This document shows positions 8,296-20,804 of a stretch of DNA of 64,000 bases, one piece after another. Position 1 is the first letter of the stretch; the number at the start of each line of letters is the position of its first letter. The translations under genes and the position numbers were made by a program. This DNA is from an uncultured Bacilli bacterium (GTDB lineage: Bacteria; Bacillota_I; Bacilli_A; RF39; UBA660), in NCBI GenBank assembly GCA_934148845.1, contig CAKPDH010000001.1, positions 22,586 through 86,585 of the forward strand, in the 5' to 3' direction. Below the pieces are notes generated by a model. It made no database searches, was not told where the DNA came from, and was given only the letters and a program-made list of their open reading frames with translations.

Positions 8296-8424
8296 AAAAA
8301 ATATGTTATATTTATAAGGCTATATGTTTATATAGTTTTTTGTGGGAGCTAATTGCTAGATTATTCTAGGAAGCGGAGCATTTGGACCACAACGAAAAGC
8401 GAAAATTAATAGGAGGTGTTTTTC

Positions 8425-8847
8425 GTGGCACAATTAGTAAAAGAAATTAAATTACAAATTCCAGCAGGAAAAGCAACACCAGCTCCTCCAGTAGGAACTG
8501 TATTAGGTCCAGCAGGAATTAATTTACAAGAATTCTGTACAAAATATAATGATGCAACTAAAGATAGAATTGGAGATATATTACCAGTAGTAATTTCTAT
8601 ATATGATGATAGAAGTTTTACATTCGTAATTAAAACTCCACCAACAGCATTCTTAATAAAGAAGATCTGTAATGTTAAAAAAGGTTCAACAAAAGGATCT
8701 AAGGAAATTGTCGGTACAATGAGTCAAGCTCAATTAAAAGAAATAGCTGAAATTAAATTACCAGATTTAAATTGCTATTCAATAGAAGAAGCTATGAGTA
8801 TTGTAAAAGGTACTGCCGAGAATATGGGCGTTAAGGTAGAAGAATAA
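8425..8847 (+). CDS. rplK: 50S ribosomal protein L11
   Basis: KLQIPAGKATPAPPVGTVLGPAGIN. GTG 8425 lies 8 nt after AGGAGG. Confidence 0.95.
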   Translation: MAQLVKEIKLQIPAGKATPAPPVGTVLGPAGINLQEFCTKYNDATKDRIGDILPVVISIYDDRSFTFVIKTPPTAFLIKKICNVKKGSTKGSKEIVGTMSQAQLKEIAEIKLPDLNCYSIEEAMSIVKGTAENMGVKVEE

Positions 8848-8933
8848 TTATATAATTAAATTGATATAATATTGACAAGAATTCCGCTTTTCATAGTCAA
8901 TAAATTATCAAAAAATAAATAAAGGAGGTAATT

Positions 8934-9629
8934 ATGAAAAGAGGAAAGAAATATTTAGAGGCTGCTAGTAAGGTAGAAAAAGGTAAAGCTTATTCTATAA
9001 CTGATGCAGTAAAATTATTAAAAGATACTAAAGTAGCTAACTTTGATGAATCAGTAGAATTAGTATTAAGATTAAATCTAGATACTAAAAAAGCTGATCA
9101 ACAATTAAGAGGAGCTACAGTTCTTCCAAATGGTATTGGAAAAACTAAGAAGGTTTTAGTAATTGCAAGAGGAGCAAAAGCTACTGAAGCGAAAGAGGCT
9201 CAAGCTGATTATGTTGGCGATGTTGATATGATAGATAAAATATCAAACGAAGGTTGGTTTGATTTTGATACTATGATAGCTACTCCAGATATGATGCCTG
9301 CTTTAGGTAAAATTGGACGTATTTTAGGACCTAAAGGTTTAATGCCAAATCCAAAGACTGGTACAGTTACTATGGATGTTGCTAAAGCTGTAAGTGATGT
9401 TAAAAAAGGTCGTGTTGAGTATAGAACTGATTCTTTTGGAAACGTTGCAGTATTAGTTGGTAAAGTGTCTTTTGATGAAGATAAATTAGTAGAAAACATA
9501 AGTTCTTTTGTATCATTGATTAATAAGACTAAACCTAGTGCAGTAAAAGGAAAATATATTTTAAATATAGCAATTTCAACTACAATGGGTCCTGGTATTA
9601 AAGTTGATGCAAATAGTTTTGAAAATTAG
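8934..9629 (+). CDS. rplA: 50S ribosomal protein L1
   Basis: MKRGKKY...FDESVEL...[10 protein letters not shown]...[15 protein letters not shown]. Confidence 0.95.
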   Translation: MKRGKKYLEAASKVEKGKAYSITDAVKLLKDTKVANFDESVELVLRLNLDTKKADQQLRGATVLPNGIGKTKKVLVIARGAKATEAKEAQADYVGDVDMIDKISNEGWFDFDTMIATPDMMPALGKIGRILGPKGLMPNPKTGTVTMDVAKAVSDVKKGRVEYRTDSFGNVAVLVGKVSFDEDKLVENISSFVSLINKTKPSAVKGKYILNIAISTTMGPGIKVDANSFEN

Positions 9630-9654
9630 TATTTACAAACATAATAAACTGTGA

Positions 9655-9769
9655 TATAATCAGTTTGTTGGAAAGATAGTACCGTAGACAGTAGGGGAGA
9701 AATCTTAATAATCCTACCGAGGAACTTGTTTATAAAGTTCAATTCCCTACGGTTAGTAGGGAATTTTTT
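9655..9769 (+). promoter_or_regulatory. rplJ (L10) leader with terminator/antiterminator architecture
   Basis: The hairpin TTCCCTAC-GGTTA-GTAGGGAA (9743-9763) followed by T6 sits 30 nt before rplJ. Upstream AGTAGGGGA (about 9690) could compete for the same CCCTAC arm. The location matches the L10-leader attenuator known in Firmicutes. Confidence 0.55.
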
Positions 9770-9798
9770 AATCGGTCTAAAAGATTAGGAGGTGTTTT

Positions 9799-10290
9799 AT
9801 GGCAAATCCAAAAATATTAGCTGGTAAGCAATCAATTATTGATGAAATAACTAATAATGTTAAAGAATCTAGTTCATTTATATTTTTAGATAATAATGGT
9901 CTAACTGTAAGTGAAACTATGGAACTTAGAAGAAAACTTAGAGAGTCTGATTCAGAGCTTAAAATCTATAAGAATACTTTAGTAGCACGTGCTTTAAAAG
10001 AATTAAATATAGATGTAGAAAGCGAACTTAATGGGCCAAAGGTTGTTGCTTTTGGTAAAGACATCATTGAACCAATTAAAATAGTTAATGATTTTTCTAA
10101 AAAACACGATAAACTTGTTATGAAGATTGGTATCGTAGATGGTAAGGTAACAGAATTAGATGAACTAAAGAAATTAGCAACTATTCCATCAAGAGAAGGT
10201 TTACTTACAATGTTTGCAAGTGGATTACTTGCTATTCCAAAAGACTTTGCAATTTGCTTAGATTTACATAGTAAAAATTTAGAAGGTTAA
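9799..10290 (+). CDS. rplJ: 50S ribosomal protein L10
   Basis: Position between rplA and rplL, size 163 aa, LRRKLRE...YKNTL motif. Confidence 0.9.
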   Translation: MANPKILAGKQSIIDEITNNVKESSSFIFLDNNGLTVSETMELRRKLRESDSELKIYKNTLVARALKELNIDVESELNGPKVVAFGKDIIEPIKIVNDFSKKHDKLVMKIGIVDGKVTELDELKKLATIPSREGLLTMFASGLLAIPKDFAICLDLHSKNLEG

Positions 10291-10316
10291 TTATATATTG
10301 AAAGGAGAGATAAATT

Positions 10317-10685
10317 ATGGCAAAATTAAGTGCAAAAGAAATTATTGATTCACTAAAAGAAATGACTCTTTTAGAGATTAAAGAAGTAGTAGATTTAATG
10401 AAAGAAGAATTTGGTGTTGATCCAAGTGCTGTAGCTGTAGCTGCACCAGTAGCAAGCGATGCTAAAGAAGAAGGACCAAGTACTGTTGATGTAGTACTTG
10501 CAAGTGCTGGTGGAAACAAAATCGCAGTTATTAAATTAATTAAAGAAATAACTGGATTAGGTTTAGGAGATTCTAAAGCTATAGCTGATAACGGTGGAGT
10601 TATTAAAGAAAAAGTTTCTGCAAGTGATGCTGAAGAAATGAAAGCTAAATTTGAAGAAGCTGGCGCTACTATTGAATTAAAATAA
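10317..10685 (+). CDS. rplL: 50S ribosomal protein L7/L12
   Basis: IIDSLKEMTLLEIKEVV..., Ala-rich hinge, C-terminal KAKFEEAGATIELK. Confidence 0.95.
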   Translation: MAKLSAKEIIDSLKEMTLLEIKEVVDLMKEEFGVDPSAVAVAAPVASDAKEEGPSTVDVVLASAGGNKIAVIKLIKEITGLGLGDSKAIADNGGVIKEKVSASDAEEMKAKFEEAGATIELK

Positions 10686-10773
10686 TTAATTTATAATGGT
10701 CTAAGCCTGTACTTTTATAGTATGGGCTTTCGACGTATCTTGATTATAATTAATTAGTAAGGAAAGTGATAAA

Positions 10774-11361
10774 ATGTCTTACTATTTTTCGGAAAATCCA
10801 GATGTAAAAAGCAAAGAGGTTACAACAAAGGCAGAAGTTTGTGGTAGCCTTTATGTGTTTAAAACAGATAATAATGTTTTCTCAAAAAAGGGACTAGATT
10901 ATGGTACAAGAATATTGCTTGAATCTTTAAATTATGAAGAAATCAAAGGTAATATATTAGATTTTGGATGTGGATATGGACCTATCGGTATAGTTGTAAG
11001 TTCGAAAACAAATTCTGATGTAGATATGGTTGATATAAATTTAAGAGCCCTTTTACTAGCACGTAAAAATGCAATGTTGAATAAAGTAAGTGTAAATATA
11101 TTTAAAAGTAATGTATATGAAAATGTGGACAAGAAATATGATTATATTATTACAAATCCACCTATTAGAGTGGGTAAAAAAATACTTTATGAAATACTTA
11201 TAGGAGCTAAGGATTATCTAAATGAAAAAGGTAAGCTTATCTTTGTTATAAACAAGGATCAAGGTGCTAAAAGTACAATGAGGGATTTAGGCGAATTTTA
11301 TAATGTTAAAATATTAAATAAAAGTGGAGGATTTTTCATTATAAGCTGTGAAAAATATTGA
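10774..11361 (+). CDS. Class I SAM-dependent methyltransferase, RsmC/YbxB-like (MTS domain)
   Basis: ILDFGCGYGPIG (SAM motif I) and ITNPPIRVGK (NPPF/I-type motif IV). Same position (rplL-X-rpoB) as B. subtilis ybxB. Confidence 0.75.
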   Translation: MSYYFSENPDVKSKEVTTKAEVCGSLYVFKTDNNVFSKKGLDYGTRILLESLNYEEIKGNILDFGCGYGPIGIVVSSKTNSDVDMVDINLRALLLARKNAMLNKVSVNIFKSNVYENVDKKYDYIITNPPIRVGKKILYEILIGAKDYLNEKGKLIFVINKDQGAKSTMRDLGEFYNVKILNKSGGFFIISCEKY

Positions 11362-11457
11362 CTTATTGAATGAATTCGTGTAAAATTATAAATTGGCGGC
11401 ATATATTATTCTGCTTAATATGTGTTTACTAGAAAATATAGTTTATGGGGTGAAAGA

Positions 11458-14400
11458 GTGGCTTATACAGTTAAAAAATTCGGTGATTACCGTGAGAGAA
11501 GAAGTTATGCAAAAACTAAAAATGCAATTGAATTAAACAATTTGTTGGAAATTCAAAAAAAGTCATATGATTGGTTTATGACTGAAGGTATAAAAGAAGT
11601 ATTCGATGATATCTTTCCAGTTGAAAGCTTTACTGGAAATTTGACATTAGAATTTGGAGATTATTCTTTTGAAGAGCCAAGATACTCAATTAAAGGTTGC
11701 AAAGACAGATATGCAACATATGCTGCACCTATAAAGGTACAAGCAAGACTTTTTAATCAAGAGTCAGGAGAGGTTAAAGAGCAAGATATATATTTAGGCG
11801 ATATGCCTATAATGACTGAAAGTGGTACATTTATAATCAATGGAGCAGAACGTGTTATTGTATCACAATTGGTTCGTTCACCAAGTGTTTATTTTTCACG
11901 TGAAATAGACAAGAAAAACGGAAAACATATTATTACATCTCAAATAATACCTACAAGAGGTACATGGCTTGAATTTGAGACAGATGCTAGAGATGCAATA
12001 TATTGTAGAATTGATAGAACTCGTAAAGTTCCAGTAACTACTTTACTTAGAGCTTTAGGACTTTCTAGTGACGCAGATATAATTGATTTATTTGGTGAAG
12101 ATGATTATTTAATGCGTACAATAGAAAAAGATGCAAATAAAAATACAGATGAGTCTTTAATAGATATACATTCTAAATTAAGACCTGGTGAACCTAGTAC
12201 TTTAGATAGTGCTAAAAATCAGTTAATATCTAGATTTTTTGATGCATTTAGATATGATTTAGCTCGTGTTGGACGTTATAAGTTTAATAGAAAACTAAAT
12301 GTAATTGACAGATTATATGATTGCGTACTTGCTGAGGATATTAAAGTAGATGGAGAACTTAAGTTTGAAAAAGGTACTTTAGTAACTAAGGAAGTATTAG
12401 AACAATTAAAACCTATTATGGAATCAGGATATGGAGTTCGTGAAGTTTTAATTAATGATGAATTAGATGCTTATAATAAGGTACAAATCGTTAAAGTATA
12501 TTCTAAAAAAAATAAAGAAAAAGTAATAAAAATTATAGGTAATGATCAAAATATTGATGTAAAAAGACTTACAATTTCAGATGTATATGCATCAGTGTCT
12601 TATTATTTAAATTTACATGAGGGTGTTGGATCTTATGATGAAATAGATCATTTATCTAATCGTCGTGTAAGACAAGTAGGAGAACTTTTACAAAATCAAT
12701 TTAGAGTCGGTGTATCTAGAATTGAAAGAGTAATTAGAGATAGAATGAGTACTCAAGAATTAGATGAGGTAACACCAAAGACTTTAATTAATATAAGACC
12801 TTTGACTGCAGCAATAAAAGAATTCTTTGGATCAAGTCAATTATCACAATTTATGGATCAAACGAATCCAGTTGCAGAGTTAGCTAATAAACGTCGTTTA
12901 AGTTCTCTTGGGCCTGGTGGACTTTCAAGGGATCGTGCTGGAATGGAAGTTCGTGACGTTAATCCGTCACATTATGGAAGACTTTGTCCAATTGAGTCTC
13001 CAGAAGGACCAAATATAGGACTTATTACATCGCTTGCAAGTTATGCAAGAGTAGATGATTATGGATTTATAATGACTCCATATAGAAAAGTAGAAAATGG
13101 TCATTTAACATCCAAAATAAAGTATATGACTGCAGATGAAGAATTAGATTATCATATATCTCAAGCTACTGTTAAATTAGATGAAAACGATAACTTTGTT
13201 GATTCAAGAGTACCAGTTCGTTTCCGTGGCGAAAATATTATGATAAATAGTAAAGATGTTGATTATATAGACGTATCAAGTCAACAAGTTGTATCTATAA
13301 CAACAGCTGGAATTCCATTCCTTGAACACGATGATGGTAAACGTGCTTTAATGGGTGCTAACATGCAACGTCAAGCTATTCCATTATTAAAATGTGAAGC
13401 TCCAATTGTAGGTACTGGTATTGAGGCTATAAGTGCAAGAGACAGTGGAGCCGTAATAATGGCTAAAGCAGATGGTATAGTAGATTATGCAGATTCAGAA
13501 AAAATATTAGTAAGAACTGTTGGTGGTGTAGATACATACTATTTAAATGGTTATGAAAGAAGTAATGCTGGTACTTGTTATCATCAAAGACCAATTGTAC
13601 ATGTAAATGATACTGTTAAAAAAGGTCAAGTTATTGCTGATGGACCAAGTACTGATTTAGGAGAAATGGCATTAGGTAGAAATGTTACAGTAGCATTTAT
13701 GAACTTTAACGGATATAACTATGAGGATGCTGTTATTCTAAATGAAAGATTAGTTAGAGATGATGTTTATACATCAATTCATATTCAAGATTATCAAATT
13801 GAATGTAGAGATACAAAATTAGGACCTGAAGAATTTACAAGAGATATTCCAAATGTTTCAGAAGAGGCTCGTAAAAATCTAGATGAAAATGGATTAATCA
13901 GAATTGGTACTGAGGTACATGATGATGATATTTTAGTTGGTAAAGTTACTCCAAAAGGTATGGCAGAGCTTACTAGTGAAGAAAAACTATTACATGCTAT
14001 ATTTGGAGAAAAAACACGTGAGGTAAGAGATACATCACTTCGTGTTCCACATGGTGGTGAAGGTATAGTACATGATATTAAGGTGTTTACTAAGGAAGAC
14101 ACAGATGAGCTTCCAGCAGGAGTATCTAAAATAATTCGTGTATATATAGCTCAAAAACGTAAAATAACAGTTGGAGATAAAATGGCAGGACGTCATGGTA
14201 ATAAAGGTGTTATTTCATTAATATTACCTTCAGAAGATATGCCATATCTAGCAGATGGTACCCCAGTTGACATACTACTTAATCCACTTGGAGTTCCAAG
14301 TCGTATGAACATTGGACAAATTCTAGAAATGCATTTAGGTATTGCAGCTAAAAAACTTGGTATCCACGTAGCAACTCCAGTATTTAGTGGTGCAAATAGA

Positions 14401-15135
14401 GAAGAAATAATAGATGCATTAAAAGAAGCTGGAATTGATGAGGATGGAAAAACAATACTTTACGATGGACGTACTGGTGAACCATTTGATAACCGTATAA
14501 GTGTAGGTGTTATGTATATGATTAAACTACACCACATGGTTGATGATAAACTACACGCAAGATCTACTGGACCATACAGTTTAGTAACACAACAACCTCT
14601 TGGAGGTAAAGCTCAATTTGGTGGTCAAAGATTTGGAGAAATGGAAGTTTGGGCATTATATGCTTATGGTGCTGCACATGTCTTACAAGAAATGATGACT
14701 ATTAAATCAGATGATGTTACAGGACGTGTTAAAGTTTATGAAGCTTTGGTAAAAGGACTTCCAATACCAAAATCAGGAATTCCAGAAAGCTTTAGAGTTT
14801 TAATTAAAGAATTCCAAGCATTAGGACTTGATATAACAGTTTTAAATGAACAAGGAAACTTTGTAGAGCTTAAAGACTTAGAAGAAGCAGATAAAGATGA
14901 AGGAATAGTATCAGAAAATACTGATAAAGTTAAATCAAAATTAGTAACTGAAGAATCTACTGAAGAATCATTAGAAGAATTTGAAGATAAATTAGATGAT
15001 GATTATGAAGAAAATGATAAAATAGAGTATGAAGATGAAAGCTTTGATGATGATGATATAGAAGATGATACTTACGATATGGATGAAATAGATAATATAG
15101 ATATTGATGATATTGAGGAAGGGGACGATGAATAA
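11458..15135 (+). CDS. rpoB: DNA-directed RNA polymerase subunit beta, with long acidic C-terminal tail
   Basis: Full-length RpoB motifs ([50 protein letters not shown]). GTG 11458 after GGGGTGAAAGA preferred over the upstream start in the track. Confidence 0.95.
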   Translation: MAYTVKKFGDYRERRSYAKTKNAIELNNLLEIQKKSYDWFMTEGIKEVFDDIFPVESFTGNLTLEFGDYSFEEPRYSIKGCKDRYATYAAPIKVQARLFNQESGEVKEQDIYLGDMPIMTESGTFIINGAERVIVSQLVRSPSVYFSREIDKKNGKHIITSQIIPTRGTWLEFETDARDAIYCRIDRTRKVPVTTLLRALGLSSDADIIDLFGEDDYLMRTIEKDANKNTDESLIDIHSKLRPGEPSTLDSAKNQLISRFFDAFRYDLARVGRYKFNRKLNVIDRLYDCVLAEDIKVDGELKFEKGTLVTKEVLEQLKPIMESGYGVREVLINDELDAYNKVQIVKVYSKKNKEKVIKIIGNDQNIDVKRLTISDVYASVSYYLNLHEGVGSYDEIDHLSNRRVRQVGELLQNQFRVGVSRIERVIRDRMSTQELDEVTPKTLINIRPLTAAIKEFFGSSQLSQFMDQTNPVAELANKRRLSSLGPGGLSRDRAGMEVRDVNPSHYGRLCPIESPEGPNIGLITSLASYARVDDYGFIMTPYRKVENGHLTSKIKYMTADEELDYHISQATVKLDENDNFVDSRVPVRFRGENIMINSKDVDYIDVSSQQVVSITTAGIPFLEHDDGKRALMGANMQRQAIPLLKCEAPIVGTGIEAISARDSGAVIMAKADGIVDYADSEKILVRTVGGVDTYYLNGYERSNAGTCYHQRPIVHVNDTVKKGQVIADGPSTDLGEMALGRNVTVAFMNFNGYNYEDAVILNERLVRDDVYTSIHIQDYQIECRDTKLGPEEFTRDIPNVSEEARKNLDENGLIRIGTEVHDDDILVGKVTPKGMAELTSEEKLLHAIFGEKTREVRDTSLRVPHGGEGIVHDIKVFTKEDTDELPAGVSKIIRVYIAQKRKITVGDKMAGRHGNKGVISLILPSEDMPYLADGTPVDILLNPLGVPSRMNIGQILEMHLGIAAKKLGIHVATPVFSGANREEIIDALKEAGIDEDGKTILYDGRTGEPFDNRISVGVMYMIKLHHMVDDKLHARSTGPYSLVTQQPLGGKAQFGGQRFGEMEVWALYAYGAAHVLQEMMTIKSDDVTGRVKVYEALVKGLPIPKSGIPESFRVLIKEFQALGLDITVLNEQGNFVELKDLEEADKDEGIVSENTDKVKSKLVTEESTEESLEEFEDKLDDDYEENDKIEYEDESFDDDDIEDDTYDMDEIDNIDIDDIEEGDDE

Positions 15136-18100
15136 TGGATGTTAATAGTTTTGAAGGATTAAAAATTTCAATCGCCTCACCTGAGAAAATTCGTTCATGG
15201 TCATATGGTGAAGTAAAAAAAGCTGAAACAATTAATTATCGTACATTGAAACCTGAAAGAGACGGATTATATTGTGAAAAAATATTTGGTCCAACTAAAG
15301 ATTTTGAATGTGCTTGTGGTAAATATAAAAGATTAAGATATAAAAATATAATATGTGATAGATGTGGAGTTGAGGTAACTCGTTCTAAAGTACGTCGTGA
15401 GCGTATGGGACATATTGAGTTAGCAACTCCAGTATCCCATATTTGGTTTTTCAAAGGTGTTCCATCAAGAATGGGATTGGTTCTTGATATGTCACCAAGA
15501 GATCTAGAAGAAGTATTATACTTTGTAAGTTATGTAGTTCTAGATCCAGGAGATGCACCTCTTGAGAAGAAACAAACTATTTCTGATAAAGATTATCGCG
15601 CCTATTATGAAAAATATGGAAATAGTTTTAGAGTTGGTATGGGAGCAGAAGCAATTAAAGAATTGCTTGAGCAAGTAGACCTTGATAAAGAAGTAAATGA
15701 ATTAAAAGAAGAAATTGAAAACATAAAAGATTCACAAAGCCAAAAAAGAATTCGTTTAATAAAACGCTTAGATGTACTTAATGCATTTAAGGAATCTGGT
15801 AATCGTCCTGAATGGATGATACTAACTGCTTTACCTGTTATACCTCCTGAACTTAGACCAATGATTCAACTTGATGGTGGTAGATTTGCTACTTCAGATT
15901 TAAATGATTTATATAGACGTGTTATTAACCGTAATAATCGTCTAAAGAAATTAATGGAATTAGGAGCGCCATCAATAATAATACAAAATGAAAAACGTAT
16001 GCTACAAGAAGCTGTAGATGCTTTATTTGATAATGGTAGACGTGGTAGAAATATAACTGGTGCTGGTAATAGACCATTAAAATCACTAGCTAGTATGCTA
16101 AAAGGAAAACAAGGACGTTTCCGTCAAAATTTACTTGGAAAACGTGTAGATTATTCTGGACGTAGTGTTATCGTTGTTGGACCAAGTCTAAAAATGTATC
16201 AATGTGGTATACCAAAAGAAATGGCTTTAGAGTTATTTAAACCACATGTTATAAATGGATTAGTTCAAAAAGAAATAGCAAGTAATATAAAAGTAGCAAA
16301 ACGTATGATTGAAAACCAAGATCCTAAAGTATGGGATGTAGTTGAAGAAAAAATTAAGGAGCATCCTGTAATGTTAAACCGTGCTCCAACACTTCATAGA
16401 CTTGGTATTCAAGCATTTGAACCAAAATTAATTGAGGGAAGGTCAATACGTCTTCATCCCCTTGTATGTACTGCATTTAATGCGGATTTCGATGGAGACC
16501 AAATGGCAGTCCATGTACCTATTACAACAGAGGCTCAAGCAGAAGCAAGAATTCTTATGTTAGGTGCAAATAATATCTTAAAACCATCAGATGGTAAGCC
16601 AATCGTAACACCAGGACAGGATATGGTTTTAGGAAACTTCTATATAACAATAGAAAAAGCAGGATTACCTGGTGAAGGTAGAGTATTTAAAGATGCAAAC
16701 GAAGCATTAATGAGCTATGAAAGACGTGAAATCACTCTCCATACTAGAATTGCTCTTCCAGTAAGCTCATTTAGACATAAAATATTCTTAGATAAATATA
16801 AAGATAAATATTTAGTGACTACTCCAGGAAAACTTTTATTTAATGAAATATTCCCAGATACATTCCAATATATAGCTGAGGGAACTAGCGAGAATATTGA
16901 ATCTTGTACTCCTGAAAAATATTTTATTTCGAGAGGAGAAGACATTAAAGAAGCAATTAAAAAAATGCCTTTAACTGATGCATTTAATAAAGGAGTATTA
17001 TCTAAATTAATTGCTCAAATATATAAACGTTATCAAACTACTGAAACTTCAGTAATGCTAGATAAGTTAAAAGACTTAGGATTTAAGTATTCAACATTAT
17101 CTGGAATAAGTATAGCTATAAGCGATATTAAGGAATCTAAGAAAAAACCAGAGATAATAGCTAATAGTCAAGCTTTAGTAGATCAAGTAAATAAACAATT
17201 TAAGCGTGGTTTAATAACAGAAGATGAAAGATATCAAAAAGTTGTATCTATATGGACAGATACTAAAAAACAAATTACTTCTGAACTTGAATCTATGGTA
17301 AAAGAAGATAAAGATAATCCAATTTGTATTATGATGACTTCTAAGGCTCGTGGAGATATGGGTTCTTATACACAATTAGTTGGTATGAGAGGATTGTTCT
17401 CTAAGCCAAATGGTCAATCAGAAGAAATCCCAGTTATATCATCATTTAGTGAGGGTATTACAGTTTCTGAATTCTTCTTATCAACACATGGTACTCGTAA
17501 AGGTGCAGTTGATACAGCCTTAAAGACAGCAGATGCAGGATACTTAACTCGTCGTTTAGTTGATGTATCTCAAGATATAATCGTAAGGGAAATTGATTGT
17601 GGTACTGAAGCTGGAACTTTAGCAGAAGCATTTATTAATGATGCAGATGGTACTGTTATTGAATCATTACACGATCGTATTGTTGGTAGATTTACAAATA
17701 AAAAAATATTACATCCAGAAACAAAAGAAGTTATTTGTGATAGAAATGAATATATTACTGAACAATTAGCTGATAAAATAATTGCAGCAGGAATTACAAA
17801 AGTTCCTATTAGAACAGTTTTAACTTGTAGGACAGAACACGGTGTTTGTCAAAAATGTTATGGTAGAAACCTTGCAACTGGTCAAATAGTTGAAGAGGGC
17901 GAAGCTGTTGGTATTATGGCTGCTCAATCAATAGGAGAACCAGGTACACAGTTAACCATGAGAACATTTAATACAGGTGGAGTTGCTGGAGATGATATTA
18001 CTCAAGGTTTACCTCGTGTTCAAGAATTATTTGAAGCACGTAACCCTAAAGGTAAAGCAACAATTGCTGAAATTAATGGTGTAATAACTAAAATAGAAGA

Positions 18101-18770
18101 AGAAAACGGAAAATATATTGTATATATTAAAAATGATGTTGAAACACGTAAGCATGTAACTAATTACAGTGTTAAATTAAGTGTAGTAGAAGGCGAAGAA
18201 GTTAAAGCTGGTCAAAAATTAACACATGGAGCTATTAGTCCTAAAGAATTACTAGTTGTAACAGACCCAATTTCTACACAACAATATATTCTTTCTGAAA
18301 CGCAAAAAGTATATAGAAGTCAAGGTGTTGATATTTCAGATAAACACGTTGAAATAATCGCAAAACGTATGATTTCTAAGATCAAAATAATAAATTCTGG
18401 TGATTCATTATTCTTACCAGGTACAATGGTTAATATAAATAAATTTACTGATGTAAATAAAGAGTTAATTCTTGAAGGTAAGAGACCATCAACAGGTAGA
18501 CCAGTACTTCTTGGTATTACAAAAGCGTCTCTAGAAACTGATTCATTCTTATCAGCAGCTTCATTCCAAGAGACAACTCGTATCTTAACTGATGCTGCAA
18601 TTCATGGAAAAGTTGATAAGCTTGAAGGATTAAAAGAAAACGTTATATTAGGTAAATTAATACCTGCAGGAACAGGTGCTAAAAGATATAGAAAAGCAAC
18701 TTATGATTTAGAGCTTGAAGGATTAAAAGAAGAGCCACTTGAAGCACTTGAACAAGAATTATTAGATTAA
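15135..18770 (+). CDS. rpoC: DNA-directed RNA polymerase subunit beta'
   Basis: Zn finger [23 protein letters not shown], catalytic [12 protein letters not shown], trigger-loop and bridge-helix motifs. The ATG overlaps the rpoB TAA by 1 nt. Confidence 0.95.
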   Translation: MDVNSFEGLKISIASPEKIRSWSYGEVKKAETINYRTLKPERDGLYCEKIFGPTKDFECACGKYKRLRYKNIICDRCGVEVTRSKVRRERMGHIELATPVSHIWFFKGVPSRMGLVLDMSPRDLEEVLYFVSYVVLDPGDAPLEKKQTISDKDYRAYYEKYGNSFRVGMGAEAIKELLEQVDLDKEVNELKEEIENIKDSQSQKRIRLIKRLDVLNAFKESGNRPEWMILTALPVIPPELRPMIQLDGGRFATSDLNDLYRRVINRNNRLKKLMELGAPSIIIQNEKRMLQEAVDALFDNGRRGRNITGAGNRPLKSLASMLKGKQGRFRQNLLGKRVDYSGRSVIVVGPSLKMYQCGIPKEMALELFKPHVINGLVQKEIASNIKVAKRMIENQDPKVWDVVEEKIKEHPVMLNRAPTLHRLGIQAFEPKLIEGRSIRLHPLVCTAFNADFDGDQMAVHVPITTEAQAEARILMLGANNILKPSDGKPIVTPGQDMVLGNFYITIEKAGLPGEGRVFKDANEALMSYERREITLHTRIALPVSSFRHKIFLDKYKDKYLVTTPGKLLFNEIFPDTFQYIAEGTSENIESCTPEKYFISRGEDIKEAIKKMPLTDAFNKGVLSKLIAQIYKRYQTTETSVMLDKLKDLGFKYSTLSGISIAISDIKESKKKPEIIANSQALVDQVNKQFKRGLITEDERYQKVVSIWTDTKKQITSELESMVKEDKDNPICIMMTSKARGDMGSYTQLVGMRGLFSKPNGQSEEIPVISSFSEGITVSEFFLSTHGTRKGAVDTALKTADAGYLTRRLVDVSQDIIVREIDCGTEAGTLAEAFINDADGTVIESLHDRIVGRFTNKKILHPETKEVICDRNEYITEQLADKIIAAGITKVPIRTVLTCRTEHGVCQKCYGRNLATGQIVEEGEAVGIMAAQSIGEPGTQLTMRTFNTGGVAGDDITQGLPRVQELFEARNPKGKATIAEINGVITKIEEENGKYIVYIKNDVETRKHVTNYSVKLSVVEGEEVKAGQKLTHGAISPKELLVVTDPISTQQYILSETQKVYRSQGVDISDKHVEIIAKRMISKIKIINSGDSLFLPGTMVNINKFTDVNKELILEGKRPSTGRPVLLGITKASLETDSFLSAASFQETTRILTDAAIHGKVDKLEGLKENVILGKLIPAGTGAKRYRKATYDLELEGLKEEPLEALEQELLD

Positions 18771-18780
18771 TTATAATAAA

Positions 18781-18810
18781 GAAATAAGGCTAACTTGCCT
18801 TATTTCTTTT
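18781..18810 (+). terminator. Rho-independent terminator after rpoC
   Basis: GAAATAAGGC-TAACTT-GCCTTATTTC, a perfect 10-bp stem followed by TTTT. Confidence 0.8.
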
Positions 18811-18855
18811 ATATTTATAATTTTTGTGTTAAAATTAATATAGAGGTGTAGTATT

Positions 18856-20799
18856 ATGAAGAAAGTTTTAATAAATTACTTAATAAATTTTATATTAATA
18901 TTCTTAATGGAGATATTATTTAAGGTATTAATAATTAATGTTTATAAAATTAAAAGTTTTATTGCTATAATGTTATATAGCTTATTTATTTCATCCATTA
19001 TAACTATTTTAACTAATATGTTTAGTAAAAAAGCAAATAATATACTTAGATATATAATATATATAATAATATACATGCTATTTGCTATACAGATTGTATT
19101 TAAAAATACATTTAAAGTGTTTTTTAGCTTATCGCTCCTTGGATTATCTGATCAAGTATTAAATTTTAAAAAAGATGTATTAAAAGCTATTACTAATAAT
19201 TTATTATATTTAATTATAATATTAATACCTATAATAATAGTATTAGTATTAAATAAAAAAATAGATTTAAATATATATATTAAAAAATTTAAATCTATAT
19301 TAATATTATTGGGTTTAGGTTTAATATCTATAGTATCATTAATAATATTTATAAATATAAATAATAAAGAATATATATCGTATTATTCATTATATTATAA
19401 AATTGATGAGAGAGATTTAAATATACAAAATTTTGGAGTATTAAATTCATATTATATAGATTTTAAAAGAACAATATTTGGCTTTAATGAAATAGTTTTA
19501 GATTACAAAGATAAAGCTGATAATGATAATTCACTTAAAGATAAAGTGATAAAAAATGCAGATATAAAGTATGAATATAATACGAGTGATTTAAACCTTG
19601 AATCACTTAATTCTACATTAAGTAAAAATGTATATAATTATATTAATAATAATACTGGTACATTAAAAAATAAATATACAGGAATGTTTAAAGATAAGAA
19701 TTTAATATTTATTGTAGCTGAATCATTTAATGAAATTGCAATAAGTGAAGAATTAACTCCAACTCTATACAAATTAACAAATAACGGATTTATATTTAAT
19801 AATTATTATACACCTAATTATTTAAGTACAATAGGAGGGGAATTTCAAGCTTTAACAGGTTTAATTCCAGATAAATCTATATTATATAAATGGAGAAGCG
19901 GTAATAATTATTTTGAATATGGAATAGCTAATGTTTTTAAAAATATGGGATATAAAACATATGCTTATCACAATAATTCAGGATACTTTCAAGATAGAAA
20001 TAAATATTTAAAAAGTTTAGGATTTGATAATTTTAAAGCTTGTTATTTAGGTTTAGATAATCTAATAAACTGTAAAAAATGGCCACAAAGTGATGTAGAA
20101 ATGATCGATGCAACAGTTAGTGATTATATAAATGATGATAAATTTATGACATATTATATGACTGTATCTGGACACTTTGGATATTCTTTTAGTGGAAATT
20201 CTATGGCTAGAAAAAATAAAGATAAGGTTATTAATTTAAATTATTCAGAGCCAGTAAAAGCATACATAGCAACACAAATAGAATTAGATAATAGTCTTAA
20301 ATTATTAATAGATAAATTAGAGGCTGCTAATATTCTTGATGACACTGTTATTGTTTTATTAGCTGATCATTATCCTTATGCACTAAGTATATCTGAAATA
20401 AATGAAATATCTAAATATGAAAGAGATTCAAATTTTGAAGTAAATCACAACAAATTAATAATATGGAATAATAAAATGGATAAAGTACAAATAGATAAAG
20501 TAAGCGCCTCACCTGATGTATTACCTACGGTTTATAATTTATTTGGCGTTAATTATGATTCAAGACTTTTTGCTGGTACTGATATTTTAAGTACTAGTGA
20601 AGGCTTAGCTATTTTTGGTAATAGATCTTGGATTACAAATAAGGGAAGATATAATTCTACAACAAATACATATCTAGGTCTAGATGTAAATGCAGATTCT
20701 GATTATATTAATAAAATTAATAGTATAGTAGCAAGTAAAATTAACTTTAGTAGAGAGGTAATAGAAAATAATTCTTATAGGATTATTTTCAATAAATAA
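18856..20799 (+). CDS. LtaS-family (sulfatase-domain) polyglycerolphosphate/lipoteichoic acid synthase-like membrane protein
   Basis: 647 aa. N-terminal block of about 5 TM helices. Extracellular sulfatase domain with LIFIVAESFN, TVSGHFGY, LADHYPY. Confidence 0.75.
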   Translation: MKKVLINYLINFILIFLMEILFKVLIINVYKIKSFIAIMLYSLFISSIITILTNMFSKKANNILRYIIYIIIYMLFAIQIVFKNTFKVFFSLSLLGLSDQVLNFKKDVLKAITNNLLYLIIILIPIIIVLVLNKKIDLNIYIKKFKSILILLGLGLISIVSLIIFININNKEYISYYSLYYKIDERDLNIQNFGVLNSYYIDFKRTIFGFNEIVLDYKDKADNDNSLKDKVIKNADIKYEYNTSDLNLESLNSTLSKNVYNYINNNTGTLKNKYTGMFKDKNLIFIVAESFNEIAISEELTPTLYKLTNNGFIFNNYYTPNYLSTIGGEFQALTGLIPDKSILYKWRSGNNYFEYGIANVFKNMGYKTYAYHNNSGYFQDRNKYLKSLGFDNFKACYLGLDNLINCKKWPQSDVEMIDATVSDYINDDKFMTYYMTVSGHFGYSFSGNSMARKNKDKVINLNYSEPVKAYIATQIELDNSLKLLIDKLEAANILDDTVIVLLADHYPYALSISEINEISKYERDSNFEVNHNKLIIWNNKMDKVQIDKVSASPDVLPTVYNLFGVNYDSRLFAGTDILSTSEGLAIFGNRSWITNKGRYNSTTNTYLGLDVNADSDYINKINSIVASKINFSREVIENNSYRIIFNK

Positions 20800-20804
20800 A
20801 TTTT

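Noticed and set aside
8341-8410. Possible structured L1/L11-operon leader upstream of rplK (GGGAGCTAATTGCTAG...GGACCAC).
   Set aside because: I cannot fold it convincingly by eye or match it to a remembered consensus. Left unannotated. A covariance-model scan (Rfam ribosomal leaders) would decide.
10686-10773. Terminator after rplL (AAGCCTGTAC...GTATGGGCTT).
   Set aside because: The stem has mismatches and no clear T-run, so it is not confident enough to annotate.
13794-14102. Antisense ORFs in the track that lie wholly inside strong + strand genes. Examples: 13794-14102 in rpoB; 15236-15454 and 16715-16945 in rpoC; 9209-9499 in rplA; 10232-10519 across rplJ/rplL; 53078-53515; 36370-36579 and 36718-37026 in mraY; 32008-32298, 34103-34435 and 27212-27571.
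   Set aside because: They are shadow ORFs opposite well-supported conserved genes. They have Ser/Ile/Leu-rich low-information translations, no RBS and no recognisable motifs.
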